64,000 nucleotides of DNA from Bryobacterales bacterium (GTDB lineage Bacteria > Acidobacteriota > Terriglobia > Bryobacterales > UBA6623), in the NCBI GenBank assembly GCA_963422375.2, contig OY729428.2:3200001-3264000 (forward strand), given 5' to 3'. Positions 30,076 through 40,949 of the stretch are shown one piece after another (position 1 is the first letter of the stretch; every line of letters begins with the position of its first letter). The notes under the pieces are model-generated. The model ran no database searches. It saw only the letters and a program-made list of their open reading frames with translations, and was not told the DNA's origin. Position numbers and translations under genes: made by a program.

Positions 30076-33000
30076 TCAGAAGCTGAACTTGATTCCGATC
30101 TGCATGATGCGCGGGTCGTGAGCGCTCGTTACCCGCCCGAACAGCGAGTTGTTGAAGTTCAGCGCCACGCCGTTCCACTGGGGATGGTTGAACGCGTTGA
30201 AGAACTCGCCGCGGATCTGCATTCGCAGTCGCTCGGTCAACTGCGTGTTCTTGGCGAGGGTCAGGTCGAAGTTGGCCAGCCCCGGCAGGCGGATGGGCGC
30301 TCGCGGCGAGTTACCGAAGGTCCCGACCGCCGGCTGCTCGAAGGCCGAGGTGTTGAACCACTTCGCGAGCGATTGCGGGCCGCCGTTCGGCTCGCCGATC
30401 AAGTTCGGACGCTGAGGGCCGCCTCCTCCGACCTTCCCGTTGTCCCCCGAGAGCGTCGGGCCTCCCGCCCGCCCGCTCTGGAAAGTGACGATTCCGGCTA
30501 GCGTCCATCCGCCGAGGATCCTCGCCAAGGCGTCGTCGCGGCCCTTGAAGAACGGCAGTTCGTACAAGAAGTTCGAAATGAACAGATGCGTGCGGTCGAA
30601 ATCCGCCAAGCTCCACTCCGCGGCGAGATTGCGCGGATCCTGTACGGTGTCGCCGATGTTGTCGCCATGGCTCCACGTGCGCGACAGGGTGTAGGCGCTT
30701 TCGAACGCGAGGCCCTGCGCGAACCGCTTGCGCAGGGTGATCTCCAACCCGTTATAGGTCGACGACGCCGAGGGCTCCTGGTAGAGGATGTTGCCGAAGC
30801 CCGGATAGGGGCGGTGCGCGTTGATGCTCCCCGTGCGGTTGGGGTCCGGGGCCGGCCGGTTCAGGTTCGGGCGGATACCGAGGTGCGTGCCGCGGTTGCC
30901 TACGTAGGTGATGTCGATCGAGGTCTGCCGGAAGAGCTCGCGCTGGAGACCGAAGCTCCACTGGTAGCTGGTCGCGGCGTAGCCCTCGGGATCGTGGCCC
31001 TGCACGTTGCTGGGCAGCAGGATGTCGGTGTTGCCGCCCGCGGGGTTGCTCAGCCGCGTGTCGAAGATGACCGGCTGCTGTATGAGCGGGGGCTGGCTGG
31101 AGTTCCTCCCAATGTGGCCCGGGCCGTAGTACACCCCGCCCCCGGCGCGCAGGACGGACCTCTCCGAGAACTTGTAAGCGATCCCGACCCTCGGGCCGAG
31201 ATTGTGGAATCGCTGGCGATAGAGGTCGGCGCCGCCGAACTGCTCGGCCCGCGGGTCGGCGGGCGTGAGCATCCCGTTCAGCAAGTCGCCGCTGCCAGGC
31301 ACGATCCGGCCGTTCGACTGGACCGTGACGGCCTTGGTGGGGTCGTATATCTCCGGCATGAACGCGGAAACCCGCCCGGATTTCTCCTCCCCGAGAACCC
31401 CTTGGAAGATCGACCAGCGGACGCCGTAGTTGATCGTCAGGTCCTGATTGACTTTCCACGAGTCCTGAGCGTAGAAATCCTTCTGCCAAGCGATGAAGTC
31501 GTTGTAGATATTGCCGCCCTGCGCCTCCTGATAGGTGCGGGCGTAGCCGAGGAGAAAGTCTGCCACGGCATGGCCGGACTTCCCGCCGTTGAAGTTGAAC
31601 GATCCTTGTGGCCTGGACGAGGAATCCGTCCACTTGCGAAGCCAGAGAATCTCGGTTCCGAACTTGAAGCTGTGGTTGCCGATCTGTTTGGTCAGGTCAT
31701 CCCGGAAGGTCAGCATGGGATTGCCGTTGTCGTACGGCACGTTGCTCCCGCTCACGCTGCCCCAGCCCTGCGCCAGGATGATATCGGGAATCTTGTTTCC
31801 GGGATTCTCGGGGAAGAGTTCGGGAATCGTCAGCCCGCTCGGGCGCTGCTCCGTGTCCATCAGCGGCCGATGGATTGTGTTCCAAGAGAATCCAAACGTG
31901 AATTCGTTGACCATGGTCGGCGAGACGATTTTCGTCAGGCTGGCGACCAGATTCTTGCCTGGCTTGGAATACGAGGAGTGGATCGTGTCGAACGAGTGGG
32001 CGGACCACAGCGCCTTGTGCTGGATCTGGGTCCAGTCGTCCTGAATGTAGCGGGCCATCAGCCGCACGTCCTCGCTGAAGCTGTGGTCGACCCGGACGAG
32101 CTCCTCGTGCTGGTCCGTGGGCTGGCTCGGCTGTGCGATCCAGTTCTGCCCGCCCTCGCGGTTGGGGAGCGGGAAGAAACTGTCCAGCAGGACCGTGGCG
32201 TTGGGGTCAATCCGCCACGCCGGAATGACGTTGTCGGGGAACGGCTCGCCGGTATCCGGATCATTGATCTGCCTCTGGCCGGTAAAGTTCCCTCCCCTCA
32301 TCGCGGCGGTCGGCGTGCGGGCTAGGAACGTCGCACCGCGCATGGACGGGCCACGACGCTTGTACTGGGAAATCGAGGTGAAGAAGAAGGTCTTCGTCTT
32401 CTCGGGGTTGTACCCCCCGAAGGAAATCGGGCCGCCCAGGGTAAAGCCGAAGTGATTCAGCTTTAGCGGAGCCGCCTCGCTCGCGAAGAAGTTGGCGGAG
32501 TCCATCACGTTGTTGCGCAGGAAGTCGTAGATATCACCGTGGAACTCCTGGCCGCCACCCTTGATGACGATGTTGCCCACGCCGCCGCCGTAGCTTCCGG
32601 ATTCGGCATTGAAGTTGCTGGTGAGGAACTTGACCTCGGCGATGGCCTCGGGCGGCGGGAAGTTGTTGATGCCGCGCTGGCCGCCGGTGTCCATGTTCTG
32701 GATGCCGTCGATGGCGTAGCGCACCTTGTCCGTGCGCGTCCCGTGGACGGCAAGCAGCGGATTGCCCTCCTGGCCGATGCCCCGCTGGTCCGTCGACTCC
32801 GCCGCCACGCCGGCAGCTAAGCGCCCGAACTGGGACCAGTTGCGCCCGTTGATGGGCATCTCCGCCACCTGGACGCTGTCAATCAGGGCCGAGACTTCAC
32901 CGCTCTCGGTGTCGATGACCGGAGCCGCCCCGGTCACTTCGACGGTGGTCGTGACCTCGCCAACCTCGAGTTGGATGTCCACACCCAGGCGCTGCTCGGC

Positions 33001-33306
33001 CTCGAGCACTATGTCACGCAGGACCTGGCGCTGGAATCCGGCCAGCTCGGCCGTGACCGAGTAGCTTCCCGCAGGGATGGCGCTCACTACGTACACGCCG
33101 CTCTCGTTCGACTCAACGACGCGGCTCTCGCCCGTGGCCGAATTCTCGACCGTGACCTCGACACCGGGAATCACGGCTCCCGTGGGGTCGGAAACTGACC
33201 CCGTGATGGTGCCGCGGCTAATGCCTTGGCCGAATGCCGCCCCGGCCAGGACCAGCGCGACCAAGACCGCGAGCACCCCTCGCGAAACGCAGAATCTCAG
33301 ATTCAT
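30076..33306 (-). CDS. Oar-like TonB-dependent receptor with carboxypeptidase-regulatory-like N-domain
   Basis: GTITGSVSDPTGAVIPG, MPINGRN, EAIAEVK, FYAQDSWKV...NYGVRW, GPRVGIAY and the C-terminus FFNAFNHPQ...PRIMQIGIKFSF. AGGAGGA RBS before ATG 33306. Confidence 0.93.
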   Translation of the reverse strand: MNLRFCVSRGVLAVLVALVLAGAAFGQGISRGTITGSVSDPTGAVIPGVEVTVENSATGESRVVESNESGVYVVSAIPAGSYSVTAELAGFQRQVLRDIVLEAEQRLGVDIQLEVGEVTTTVEVTGAAPVIDTESGEVSALIDSVQVAEMPINGRNWSQFGRLAAGVAAESTDQRGIGQEGNPLLAVHGTRTDKVRYAIDGIQNMDTGGQRGINNFPPPEAIAEVKFLTSNFNAESGSYGGGVGNIVIKGGGQEFHGDIYDFLRNNVMDSANFFASEAAPLKLNHFGFTLGGPISFGGYNPEKTKTFFFTSISQYKRRGPSMRGATFLARTPTAAMRGGNFTGQRQINDPDTGEPFPDNVIPAWRIDPNATVLLDSFFPLPNREGGQNWIAQPSQPTDQHEELVRVDHSFSEDVRLMARYIQDDWTQIQHKALWSAHSFDTIHSSYSKPGKNLVASLTKIVSPTMVNEFTFGFSWNTIHRPLMDTEQRPSGLTIPELFPENPGNKIPDIILAQGWGSVSGSNVPYDNGNPMLTFRDDLTKQIGNHSFKFGTEILWLRKWTDSSSRPQGSFNFNGGKSGHAVADFLLGYARTYQEAQGGNIYNDFIAWQKDFYAQDSWKVNQDLTINYGVRWSIFQGVLGEEKSGRVSAFMPEIYDPTKAVTVQSNGRIVPGSGDLLNGMLTPADPRAEQFGGADLYRQRFHNLGPRVGIAYKFSERSVLRAGGGVYYGPGHIGRNSSQPPLIQQPVIFDTRLSNPAGGNTDILLPSNVQGHDPEGYAATSYQWSFGLQRELFRQTSIDITYVGNRGTHLGIRPNLNRPAPDPNRTGSINAHRPYPGFGNILYQEPSASSTYNGLEITLRKRFAQGLAFESAYTLSRTWSHGDNIGDTVQDPRNLAAEWSLADFDRTHLFISNFLYELPFFKGRDDALARILGGWTLAGIVTFQSGRAGGPTLSGDNGKVGGGGPQRPNLIGEPNGGPQSLAKWFNTSAFEQPAVGTFGNSPRAPIRLPGLANFDLTLAKNTQLTERLRMQIRGEFFNAFNHPQWNGVALNFNNSLFGRVTSAHDPRIMQIGIKFSF

Positions 33307-34113
33307 GCTCAATCCTCCTTGACCCGAGGCATGCCATGGCCGGCCCGCCAACGCCCACCTAGCGTAGGGAGTGCCTTCGCGCAAGTCAACCCCAACCTCG
33401 GCAGCAACGCAGGAGTCTCTTTTCGCGGGGAGCGCCGGAAATCGATCGGCCACGCGCTTCGCGCGCGGCGCGCGAGCTGTGTGTCAGCCACGCGGAGTGA
33501 ACGGCGGGTGACGAGTTAGCCACGGGCCACAGGATTGGTGCGCCGTCTCCGCCGTTCGGCCTCGCCCACGACAAGAGAGTCTTCAATGACACCAGATGGT
33601 CGGCACCCAAGACTCTGGATGGCAGGGCTCGAGTCAACCGAACGCACTTCGGAGTCGCAAGCCAGCAACGACTGGACAACGCTGGAATCGACACGCCGCA
33701 GCAAGCCGGCCCGACCCAGCTGGCAGCCCGGCCGAGGACTGCAGCTCTCACGTTGGGGCAGTCAAGTTTCCTAGCGCACGGATGGCCGAGACTGGCAACG
33801 ACGCATCGTGTTCGACTGACAGGCGAGCTCCGCTTGTCCCCAGCGAAGGCACGGCTGGATCCTGCTAGGCTCTACGGCAACCTGCCCCGCGGTCCCGTCG
33901 AGGGGATTGACCTCGCGGACGAGCAGCCCTCAGGGCTCGCCCAGTCGCCGCGGGGCCACGGGCCTGATTCAGCCAGCCCCACGAGTGCGAGACTGGACCA
34001 TCCGGGCAAGACTTACGACCCGGAGTCGTTTCACAGGCGCTCGGCCTGCCGACTATTGTGTCGACTGCCAGGGCCCGACGCTGTGCAAGCGGAGAGAAAC
34101 CCGGAGAGCCGCC

Positions 34114-35874
34114 ATGGCTTGCGCACGTTCCCTAGCAGTCTTGCTCGCCTGCTCTGCACTGGCCCAGAGCCTCGCGGCTCAGGGCATGGCTCTGGTCAAC
34201 CGACCCGGCCGGGGCGTGCGGGTCTCGGAACTCGACCGCCCAGTGCCCGCTTTCCGATTCGAGAACCGGGCGTCGGAAGCCGGGCTGCTCTTTCGCCATG
34301 TTGCCGGCGATCCAGTCGACAAGACCTACATTCTCGAGGTCACGGGCAGCGGTGTCGCAATCTTCGACTATGACAACGACGGTCTGGCGGACGTCTTCTT
34401 CGTCAATCAGACCAGATGGCATTCGGGGGACGGCCGGGTGCCGCCAACCAACCGGCTCTTTCGCAATGCCGGGGATCTTCGCTTTGAGGACGTGACCGCC
34501 GAGGCGAATCTCGTTCGTACCGGCTGGGGGCAAGGCGCCTGTGTCGCCGACTACGACAACGACGGTGACGAAGACCTGTTCGTGACCTATTGGGGGGACA
34601 ATGTCCTTTACCGGAACGAGGGCGACGGCCGCTTCGAGGATGTCACCGGGGCAGCGTTCCCGCCGACGGTCCGGCGACGTTGGAGCACGGGCTGCGCATT
34701 CCTAGACTATGACCGTGACGGCAGCCTCGACCTCGCTGTGGCCAACTACATTCGATTCGACCTTGGGACGACTCCAAAGCCGGGAGAGAACGAACTCTGC
34801 CGCTTCCAAGGCAATCCGGTCGTGTGCGGCCCGCGCGGGCTGCCTAGCGAGACCGCGACGCTGTATAGGAACACTGGGCACGGAACGTACGCCGATGTCT
34901 CGCACAAGAGCGGCCTCGGCACCGGCGCAATGTACGGCTTCGCCGTCCTCACCGGCGACTACAACAGGGATGGTTGGACCGACATCTATGTCGCCTGCGA
35001 TTCCAGTCCGAGCAGGCTCTTCGAGAACAACCGGGACGGCTCGTTCACCGAGGTGGGATACGAGTCCGGGACAGCTCTGAACGAGCACGGACAGGAACAG
35101 GGCGGAATGGGTGCGGCCGCCGGAGACTACAACCGGGACGGCTGGATCGACATCGTCAAGACGAACTTCGCCAATGACATTCCGTCCCTCTACAGGAACG
35201 AGCAGCAGGGACTCTTCAGCGAGGTGTCCATCCGAAGCGGACTCGGAACGCATACGAGCTTTGTGGGCTGGGGTGTCGCCTTCGTGGACGTCGACCACGA
35301 TACCTGGCAGGATGTCATCATCGTGAACGGACACGTTTACCGCATGCCGGTACCGGCGGGACGGGGCGTGCGTTTCGAGCAGTCCAAGCATCTCTACTGG
35401 AATCTTGCCGACGGCACATTCGCCGAGATATCCGGGCGTTCCGGCTCGGGCCTTGTCGAGAAGAGCTCCGCGCGAGGCGCCGCGTTCGGTGACCTGGACA
35501 ACGATGGCCGGATCGAAGTCGTAGTCAACAACCTGGATTCCTCCCCAAGCCTGCTGGTCAACGCGGTCGAGCAGCGGAACTGGATCCGGGTCGATCTCGA
35601 AGGCACGCGATCCAACCGCAACGGAATCGGCGCGAGGGTATCTGTGCGAACAGGCGACACCGTCCAAGTCGCGGAGGCAAGGAGCGGCGGCAGCTTCCTG
35701 TCGCACAGCGACCTGCGACTGCACTTCGGGTTAGGGAACGCCGATCAAGTCGACGAGATCCTCGTTCGGTGGACCACCGGAGCGGTCGAGGCGTTCCCGA
35801 GCGCGAGCGCAAATCGTACCGTAGTCTTACGAGAGGGAAGGGGGACGCCGGTGCAAACCCCTGACAGCGGATAG
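34114..35874 (+). CDS. CRTAC1-family protein (FG-GAP/VCBS repeats + ASPIC/UnbV domain)
   Basis: GSGVAIFDYDNDG, DYDNDGDED, DYDRDG, DYNRDG and DLDNDG repeats; C-terminal SNRNGIGARV...SGGSFLS..D.RLHFGLG; signal peptide from MACARSL. Confidence 0.92.
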   Translation: MACARSLAVLLACSALAQSLAAQGMALVNRPGRGVRVSELDRPVPAFRFENRASEAGLLFRHVAGDPVDKTYILEVTGSGVAIFDYDNDGLADVFFVNQTRWHSGDGRVPPTNRLFRNAGDLRFEDVTAEANLVRTGWGQGACVADYDNDGDEDLFVTYWGDNVLYRNEGDGRFEDVTGAAFPPTVRRRWSTGCAFLDYDRDGSLDLAVANYIRFDLGTTPKPGENELCRFQGNPVVCGPRGLPSETATLYRNTGHGTYADVSHKSGLGTGAMYGFAVLTGDYNRDGWTDIYVACDSSPSRLFENNRDGSFTEVGYESGTALNEHGQEQGGMGAAAGDYNRDGWIDIVKTNFANDIPSLYRNEQQGLFSEVSIRSGLGTHTSFVGWGVAFVDVDHDTWQDVIIVNGHVYRMPVPAGRGVRFEQSKHLYWNLADGTFAEISGRSGSGLVEKSSARGAAFGDLDNDGRIEVVVNNLDSSPSLLVNAVEQRNWIRVDLEGTRSNRNGIGARVSVRTGDTVQVAEARSGGSFLSHSDLRLHFGLGNADQVDEILVRWTTGAVEAFPSASANRTVVLREGRGTPVQTPDSG

Positions 35875-35879
35875 GGCCA

Positions 35880-37109
35880 GTGTGGACAACACCTAGTTGG
35901 CGTTGCCCGTCCCCTTCGGCAATCGCGCCTCGGCTCGGGGGCACTCCGGACGCATCGCGGGGCGTGGCGTCGCGCATCGCGTGTCCGTCTTTCCCTTCGC
36001 GACTATTGCCGCTGACGGTATTGCGGGCCCTGCTAACAGCCGCGGGTCTGTCAGTCCTCGCCGGAGCGCAGGAGACTCCGCGCCGGAAGGAGTATGTGGG
36101 GGCGGCAACATGCGGATCCTGCCATCCGCAACAGCTGGCGAGCCAGTCCCGCAGCGGGCATGCGCTCACGCTACATCGCACGGAAGAACATCCTCTCGGC
36201 TCGAGGATGATTCCGCAAGGAGTCTTGCGCCGTCCGCCTCAGTTCCGGTTCAGATACCGTCGCAGCGACAGCAGGATCCTCGCCGAAGTCGAGGACGACG
36301 AATTCGTCATGGAACTGCCCCTTGAATGGGCCTTCGGCGCGGGGAACCACGGCGTCACGTTCGTCAGCCGGCTGAACAGGTCATCCTACGTCGAACACGC
36401 CTTCAGCTACTACGCCAAGCCCGGCACATTCGACGCGACGACGGGGCACGAATCCATTCGGCCCGAGTCAGTCCTCCAAGCCATGGGCCTGCGCTATCAG
36501 GTCCGCGGACAAGGCAACTCGATCTCGGATTGCTTCAACTGCCATTCGACCGGACCGCTGTCGTACTCGTCAAGAGGAGAAATCGACGTGACCGAGAAAG
36601 CAGTGCGCTGCGAGACGTGCCACGGGCCCGGCCGGGGCCACTTGGAGGCGGTTTCCTCTGGCGATGGCCAGCTTGCTCGCTCGTCCATCGACAATCCCGC
36701 CCGCCTCTCGCCGGACGCTCTCTTGCAGTTCTGCGGGGATTGCCACCGCGACCCACGCGGCGCCGCGACCGCCTTTGACTATGAGCGGGCGTGGAACGTA
36801 CGGCACCAGCCGCCCTACTTCCGCCAGAGCCCGTGCTTTCAGAACTCGGGCGGAACGCTCTCTTGCGTCACTTGCCACGACCCGCACGAGGATGTTCGTC
36901 GAAATGAACCCAGGTACTATCGAGCGCGCTGCATGGCCTGCCATGACGCGAGCTATCGGCCGCCTTCCAAGCTGTGCAGAGCTGGGTCCGAGGACACAGA
37001 CTGCGCCGAGTGCCACATGCCAGAAGTCCAAGTCAGCCCGCACCTCGGATTCAAGAACCATTGGATCGGAATCTATGCCGACGAGAGGAGGCTGACACCG
37101 TCACGGTAG
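35880..37109 (+). CDS. Multiheme c-type cytochrome (7 CxxCH; c554-like)
   Basis: CGSCH, CFNCH, CETCH, CGDCH, CVTCH, CMACH and CAECH; YVGAATC and CHGPG..H context. The start may lie downstream of 35880. Confidence 0.9.
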   Translation: MWTTPSWRCPSPSAIAPRLGGTPDASRGVASRIACPSFPSRLLPLTVLRALLTAAGLSVLAGAQETPRRKEYVGAATCGSCHPQQLASQSRSGHALTLHRTEEHPLGSRMIPQGVLRRPPQFRFRYRRSDSRILAEVEDDEFVMELPLEWAFGAGNHGVTFVSRLNRSSYVEHAFSYYAKPGTFDATTGHESIRPESVLQAMGLRYQVRGQGNSISDCFNCHSTGPLSYSSRGEIDVTEKAVRCETCHGPGRGHLEAVSSGDGQLARSSIDNPARLSPDALLQFCGDCHRDPRGAATAFDYERAWNVRHQPPYFRQSPCFQNSGGTLSCVTCHDPHEDVRRNEPRYYRARCMACHDASYRPPSKLCRAGSEDTDCAECHMPEVQVSPHLGFKNHWIGIYADERRLTPSR

Positions 37110-37223
37110 CGCTCGTGGCCCTCATGCGACGAGCCAGGCATGGAACGCAAAGCGCCGTGTTCCGACGTGACCGACGACCGCCGAGAAGCTGTGCTGAGGC
37201 TGGCGGTGGTGTAGGCTTGTAGC

Positions 37224-38408
37224 GTGCAGTGCCGGACCGAGAGGTGCCTCGCCCGCCAGTCCAAGGGGGTCCGCGCGGCCTTGGTCGCGGTCGTGCTCGC
37301 AACGCCGGGTATCGTCGCCGGGCAGCTACCGCAAGGGCGATCCGAGATGCTCCGGCGGGCTTACGATGCCTTCGAGGCCGCCGACTACAAGCTGGCCGAG
37401 CAACGATTCCTCCAGATTCTGAGCGTTGACCCGGACAACGGGAGGGTCCAGAACGACCTCGCGTCCGCGCTCTTGCGCCAAGAGCGTTTCGAAGAGGCGG
37501 TCGAGGCATTCCAAGAGGCCGCTAGGCTAGTGCCCGAAGTGAAAGAAGTCCAACGGAATATAGGCCAAGCGTACTTCAATTGGGGCAGATATGCACAGGC
37601 TGAAGCAACCCTTTCCGCTTACATGCAGGCGCACCCGGCGGATGCTGTGGCACAGAAAGTCCTAGCCCTCAGTCACATGCTCCAAGGCGAGAACGAGGAG
37701 GCGATTGCACTGTTCGAAGACTTGCGAGCCAAGGGAAACCAGGATCTCGGTCTGCTTTATTCGCTATCTTCGGCCTACTTGCAAGCCGGAGATTCAGCGA
37801 GGGCTCAGGGCATACTGAGCGATCTATTCCGACTCCATCCGGACTCTCCCGAGCTCCATGTCCTTCTTGCACAGGCGCTCGAGCGCGCCGGAGAGCACTC
37901 CCGCGCACTCAAATCTCTGGACCGATCTATCGAACTCCGCCCTAACATTCCTCTGGCTAACTTTCACAAAGGTCGGATTCTATTGAGGACAGGAAATGCC
38001 GTCGAGGCCGAGTCCGCTCTCAGCCAAGAAATCGAAGGCAATACCGGCCACGCGGAGAGCTACTATTACCGCGGAGTTTCCAGAGTGCAACTGAACCGCA
38101 TCGTCGAAGGCGAGATCGACTTGCGACGGTCCATCGAACTCGACGTGGCCTACCCTCCGGCATACTACCAGTTGGGGAAACTCCTTTGCGATAGCGGAAG
38201 ACCGCAAGAGGCGTTGCCGTTTCTGGAGAAGTCGATCAGCCTCCAGCCAGACCACACTGAAACGCACTACCTCCTCGGCCGCACTCTCCTGCGTTTGGGT
38301 CGACGCGACGAGGCCCGCGAATACCTGAACGTCGTCCGGAAGGTGCAAGAGAAGGGCCGCCAAGAATTGGAGGAGGAGCTCACTCCGCGAAAGGAGAGTG
38401 AATTCTAG
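37224..38408 (+). CDS. Tetratricopeptide repeat protein, exported
   Basis: Multiple 34-aa TPR units (e.g. AYYQLGKLL...A...LEKSISLQPDHTETHYLLG) and a hydrophobic N-terminal segment. Confidence 0.9.
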   Translation: MQCRTERCLARQSKGVRAALVAVVLATPGIVAGQLPQGRSEMLRRAYDAFEAADYKLAEQRFLQILSVDPDNGRVQNDLASALLRQERFEEAVEAFQEAARLVPEVKEVQRNIGQAYFNWGRYAQAEATLSAYMQAHPADAVAQKVLALSHMLQGENEEAIALFEDLRAKGNQDLGLLYSLSSAYLQAGDSARAQGILSDLFRLHPDSPELHVLLAQALERAGEHSRALKSLDRSIELRPNIPLANFHKGRILLRTGNAVEAESALSQEIEGNTGHAESYYYRGVSRVQLNRIVEGEIDLRRSIELDVAYPPAYYQLGKLLCDSGRPQEALPFLEKSISLQPDHTETHYLLGRTLLRLGRRDEAREYLNVVRKVQEKGRQELEEELTPRKESEF

Positions 38409-38583
38409 CCCGAAGATCCACGCCCGAGGCCAACTTCGGAAGCAGCTTCCGACACGTCCGATTGCAGCCATGCCGCCTTCCCCGACACCCAGCCCTGCAT
38501 CTCGGCACAGGGATTTGCGAGCCGCAGCTTGAGGCCTGCTCCGCCCGACGCGGCGACGAGCTGGCGCCATTCAAGCAACTCAA

Positions 38584-38608
38584 GCAAGCCTTGCGGCCTG
38601 CCTTTTTT
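38584..38608 (+). terminator. Possible intrinsic terminator downstream of the TPR gene
   Basis: GCAAGCC-TTGC-GGCCTGC stem with one mismatch, followed by CTTTTTT. Confidence 0.35.
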
Positions 38609-38615
38609 CCACAGG

Positions 38616-39400
38616 GCTAGTCCGTGCTCAGAGATTCATGCGCCGCTGTGCGGTCCGGCCCGATCACCCCCCAGGTGGAGGTGGCGCTCGTGGATCTGCA
38701 CCGCGTCGGCCAGGCGCAGGCAGCCCCGCCAGATGATCCGGTGTGCCGGTGACGGGTCCTTGCGCCGGTTCATGTAGCCGCCCTACACCGCCATCGTCCG
38801 CCCCGGACCGTCCGGAGCGGGCAGGCCTCGGTCCCGGGCGTAGTCCTCAAGCGCCCGGATCTCGAGGTCCGGGAACAGCGCCTCCGGCGGCAGCTCCGGC
38901 GTCTCCCGCCCCGCCAGCGTCATCGCGCTAGGCACCAGGCGACGACAGCCCTCTGCGCCGCCGCCCGCTCGATACGCTCGCGCGGGCGGTGCCCAAAGGA
39001 ACACCACCCTGCAGCCCGCCTTGAGCGCGCCGTGCCAGTGGTGATGCGCCGGCGCAAGCCGTACCAGCGCAGCATGCGTTTCGCATCCGCGTCCGAGCGC
39101 ACCGCGACGTTGGTCAGCAGGAACCGTTCCAGCGGCTCGGCCCCGTCCGGCGAGACCTCCTCGCGCACATGGACCAGGGCTAGCGGGACGGGGACCTCGC
39201 CGCGCCACTCGCCTGCGGTCGGCGGGGGCAGCTCCGCGGACTGGCAGCGCGGCAATCCCAGGAGCCCGCACGATGGCAGTTGCCCGCATCGACGTTGCCG
39301 GGGCAACCGGGCAGTCGCGTTCCGAGACCCGGTCAGGGGCCGACCAGGCCGTCTTGCGCCGCAGAAGGCTGCCTGGCCCTTGGGCAGATGGCTTCACTTG
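38616..39400 (-). mobile_element. IS4-family (IS50/Tn5-like) transposase C-terminal remnant
   Basis: EPLERFLLTN...WYGLRRRI, LKAGCRV, GRETPELPPE and GGYMNRRKDPSP..RIIWRG across frames. The terminal ~55 bp are shared with 48721-48778. Confidence 0.8.
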
Positions 39401-39460
39401 CGAGCTGTTGAGCGAGCCGGGCTTGCCTGTCCGGCTGGGAATCGCGCAACATGGTCACTT

Positions 39461-40936
39461 ATGGCCGACTGCATTCTTGCCTGTGACGAGGGCACCAGCA
39501 GCGCCCGTGCGGTCGTCTTCGACCGCACGGCACGACCAGTTTCGACCGCGCAACACCTCGTCGAGAGCAGGTTTCCGCATAGCGGATGGGTCGAGCAAGA
39601 CGCCGAGGCAATCTGGCAGACCCAGCTGCTGGCAGCCCGTGAAGCTTCGGAACAGTGCGGAGGCTGGGACGCAATCTCCGCAATCGGGATCACCAACCAG
39701 CGAGAAACGACGATCGTGTGGGACCGCAAGACCGGCGCGCCAATAGCACCGGCAATCGTGTGGCAATGCCGCCGGACCGCGTCGACCTGTGGGAACCTCT
39801 CCGAGGCCGGTCACGCCGAGGAGACCACCGCGCGCACGGGCCTCGTCCTTGACCCGTACTTCTCCGGAACGAAGATCGGCTGGATTCTGGACCACATTCC
39901 GGGCGCTAGACGGCGCGCCGAGGCCGGTGAGCTAGCCTTCGGCACGGTCGACAGCTGGCTCGTGTACCGCCTGAGCGGCGGACGTGCGCACGTGATTGAC
40001 CGCACCAACGCCTCCCGCACCCTTCTGATGAACCTCCGCTCGGGTGCTTGGGACAAGACCATGCTGTCCCTGCTCGGCGTGCCGGAGGCCATGCTCCCTC
40101 GAATCGTGCCCTCGTGCGGTGTGATGGCTACTACCGACGGTGACCTGACGGGCAGAGAGATCCCGATAGCCGGCGTCGCGGGCGACCAGCAGGCCGCCCT
40201 GTTCGGCCAGGCGTGCTTCCGCGCCGGACTCGTCAAGAACACATACGGCACCGGGTGCTTCGCGCTCATGCATACGGGCGGCGAGGCCTCGCCCTCCGAA
40301 TCGCGGCTCCTGTCCACGACCGCGGCATCGCCATCGGCAAGCCCCCAATTCGCACTCGAGGGGGCCATCTTCGTCGCAGGAGCGGTGATCCAGTGGCTGA
40401 GGGACGAGCTCGGACTGATTGCCACGGCGGCGGACTCCGAGCAGGCAGCCTCGTCCGTCGCCGACACGGGGGGGGTCTACATGGTGCCGGCGTTCACTGG
40501 CCTCGGCGCCCCGTACTGGAATGCCGGTGCGCGTGGAATCCTGACTGGGCTGACCCGTGGCACGCGCACGGAGCACGTCGTGAGGGCCGCATTGGAATCC
40601 ATCGCATACCAGACGAGGGATCTGGTCGAAGCGATGGAGTCGGACTGCGGGGGTAGCCTGTCGGAGCTGCGCGTGGACGGAGGGGCCACGGCCAACGATT
40701 TCCTAATGCAGTTCCAAGCCGACATTCTCGGAGTCCCGGTCACGCGGCCGGCCTATCCGGAGACCACGGCGCTCGGAGCGGCCTTCCTAGCGGGCCTAGC
40801 GAGCGGCTTCTGGAGCGGCACCGACGAGCTGGAGACCTTCTGGAGCGTGGACCGCCGATTCGAGCCGTCCATGCCGGAAGCCCGCAGGCAGGATCTATAC
40901 GACGGATGGAAGGACGCCGTCAAGCGGGCGCTGTGA
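39461..40936 (+). CDS. glpK: Glycerol kinase
   Basis: DEGTSSAR, GWVEQD, GITNQRETT, IVWQCRRT, DPYFSGTK, TNASRT, GDQQAALFGQ, KNTYGTG, PAFTGLGAPYW, VDGG and ETTALGAA. Confidence 0.95.
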   Translation: MADCILACDEGTSSARAVVFDRTARPVSTAQHLVESRFPHSGWVEQDAEAIWQTQLLAAREASEQCGGWDAISAIGITNQRETTIVWDRKTGAPIAPAIVWQCRRTASTCGNLSEAGHAEETTARTGLVLDPYFSGTKIGWILDHIPGARRRAEAGELAFGTVDSWLVYRLSGGRAHVIDRTNASRTLLMNLRSGAWDKTMLSLLGVPEAMLPRIVPSCGVMATTDGDLTGREIPIAGVAGDQQAALFGQACFRAGLVKNTYGTGCFALMHTGGEASPSESRLLSTTAASPSASPQFALEGAIFVAGAVIQWLRDELGLIATAADSEQAASSVADTGGVYMVPAFTGLGAPYWNAGARGILTGLTRGTRTEHVVRAALESIAYQTRDLVEAMESDCGGSLSELRVDGGATANDFLMQFQADILGVPVTRPAYPETTALGAAFLAGLASGFWSGTDELETFWSVDRRFEPSMPEARRQDLYDGWKDAVKRAL

Positions 40937-40949
40937 CCGGACCGGCGAG

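Noticed and set aside
33307..34113. 800-bp divergent intergenic region as a riboswitch, sigma54 promoter or small gene
   Set aside because: No cobalamin/TPP riboswitch core, no convincing -24/-12 pair and no credible ORF recognised by eye; an Rfam scan would settle it.
39032..39460. Apparent N-terminal fusion to glycerol kinase (634-aa ORF)
   Set aside because: The extension is the antisense strand of the IS4 relic; GlpK homology begins at ATG 39461.
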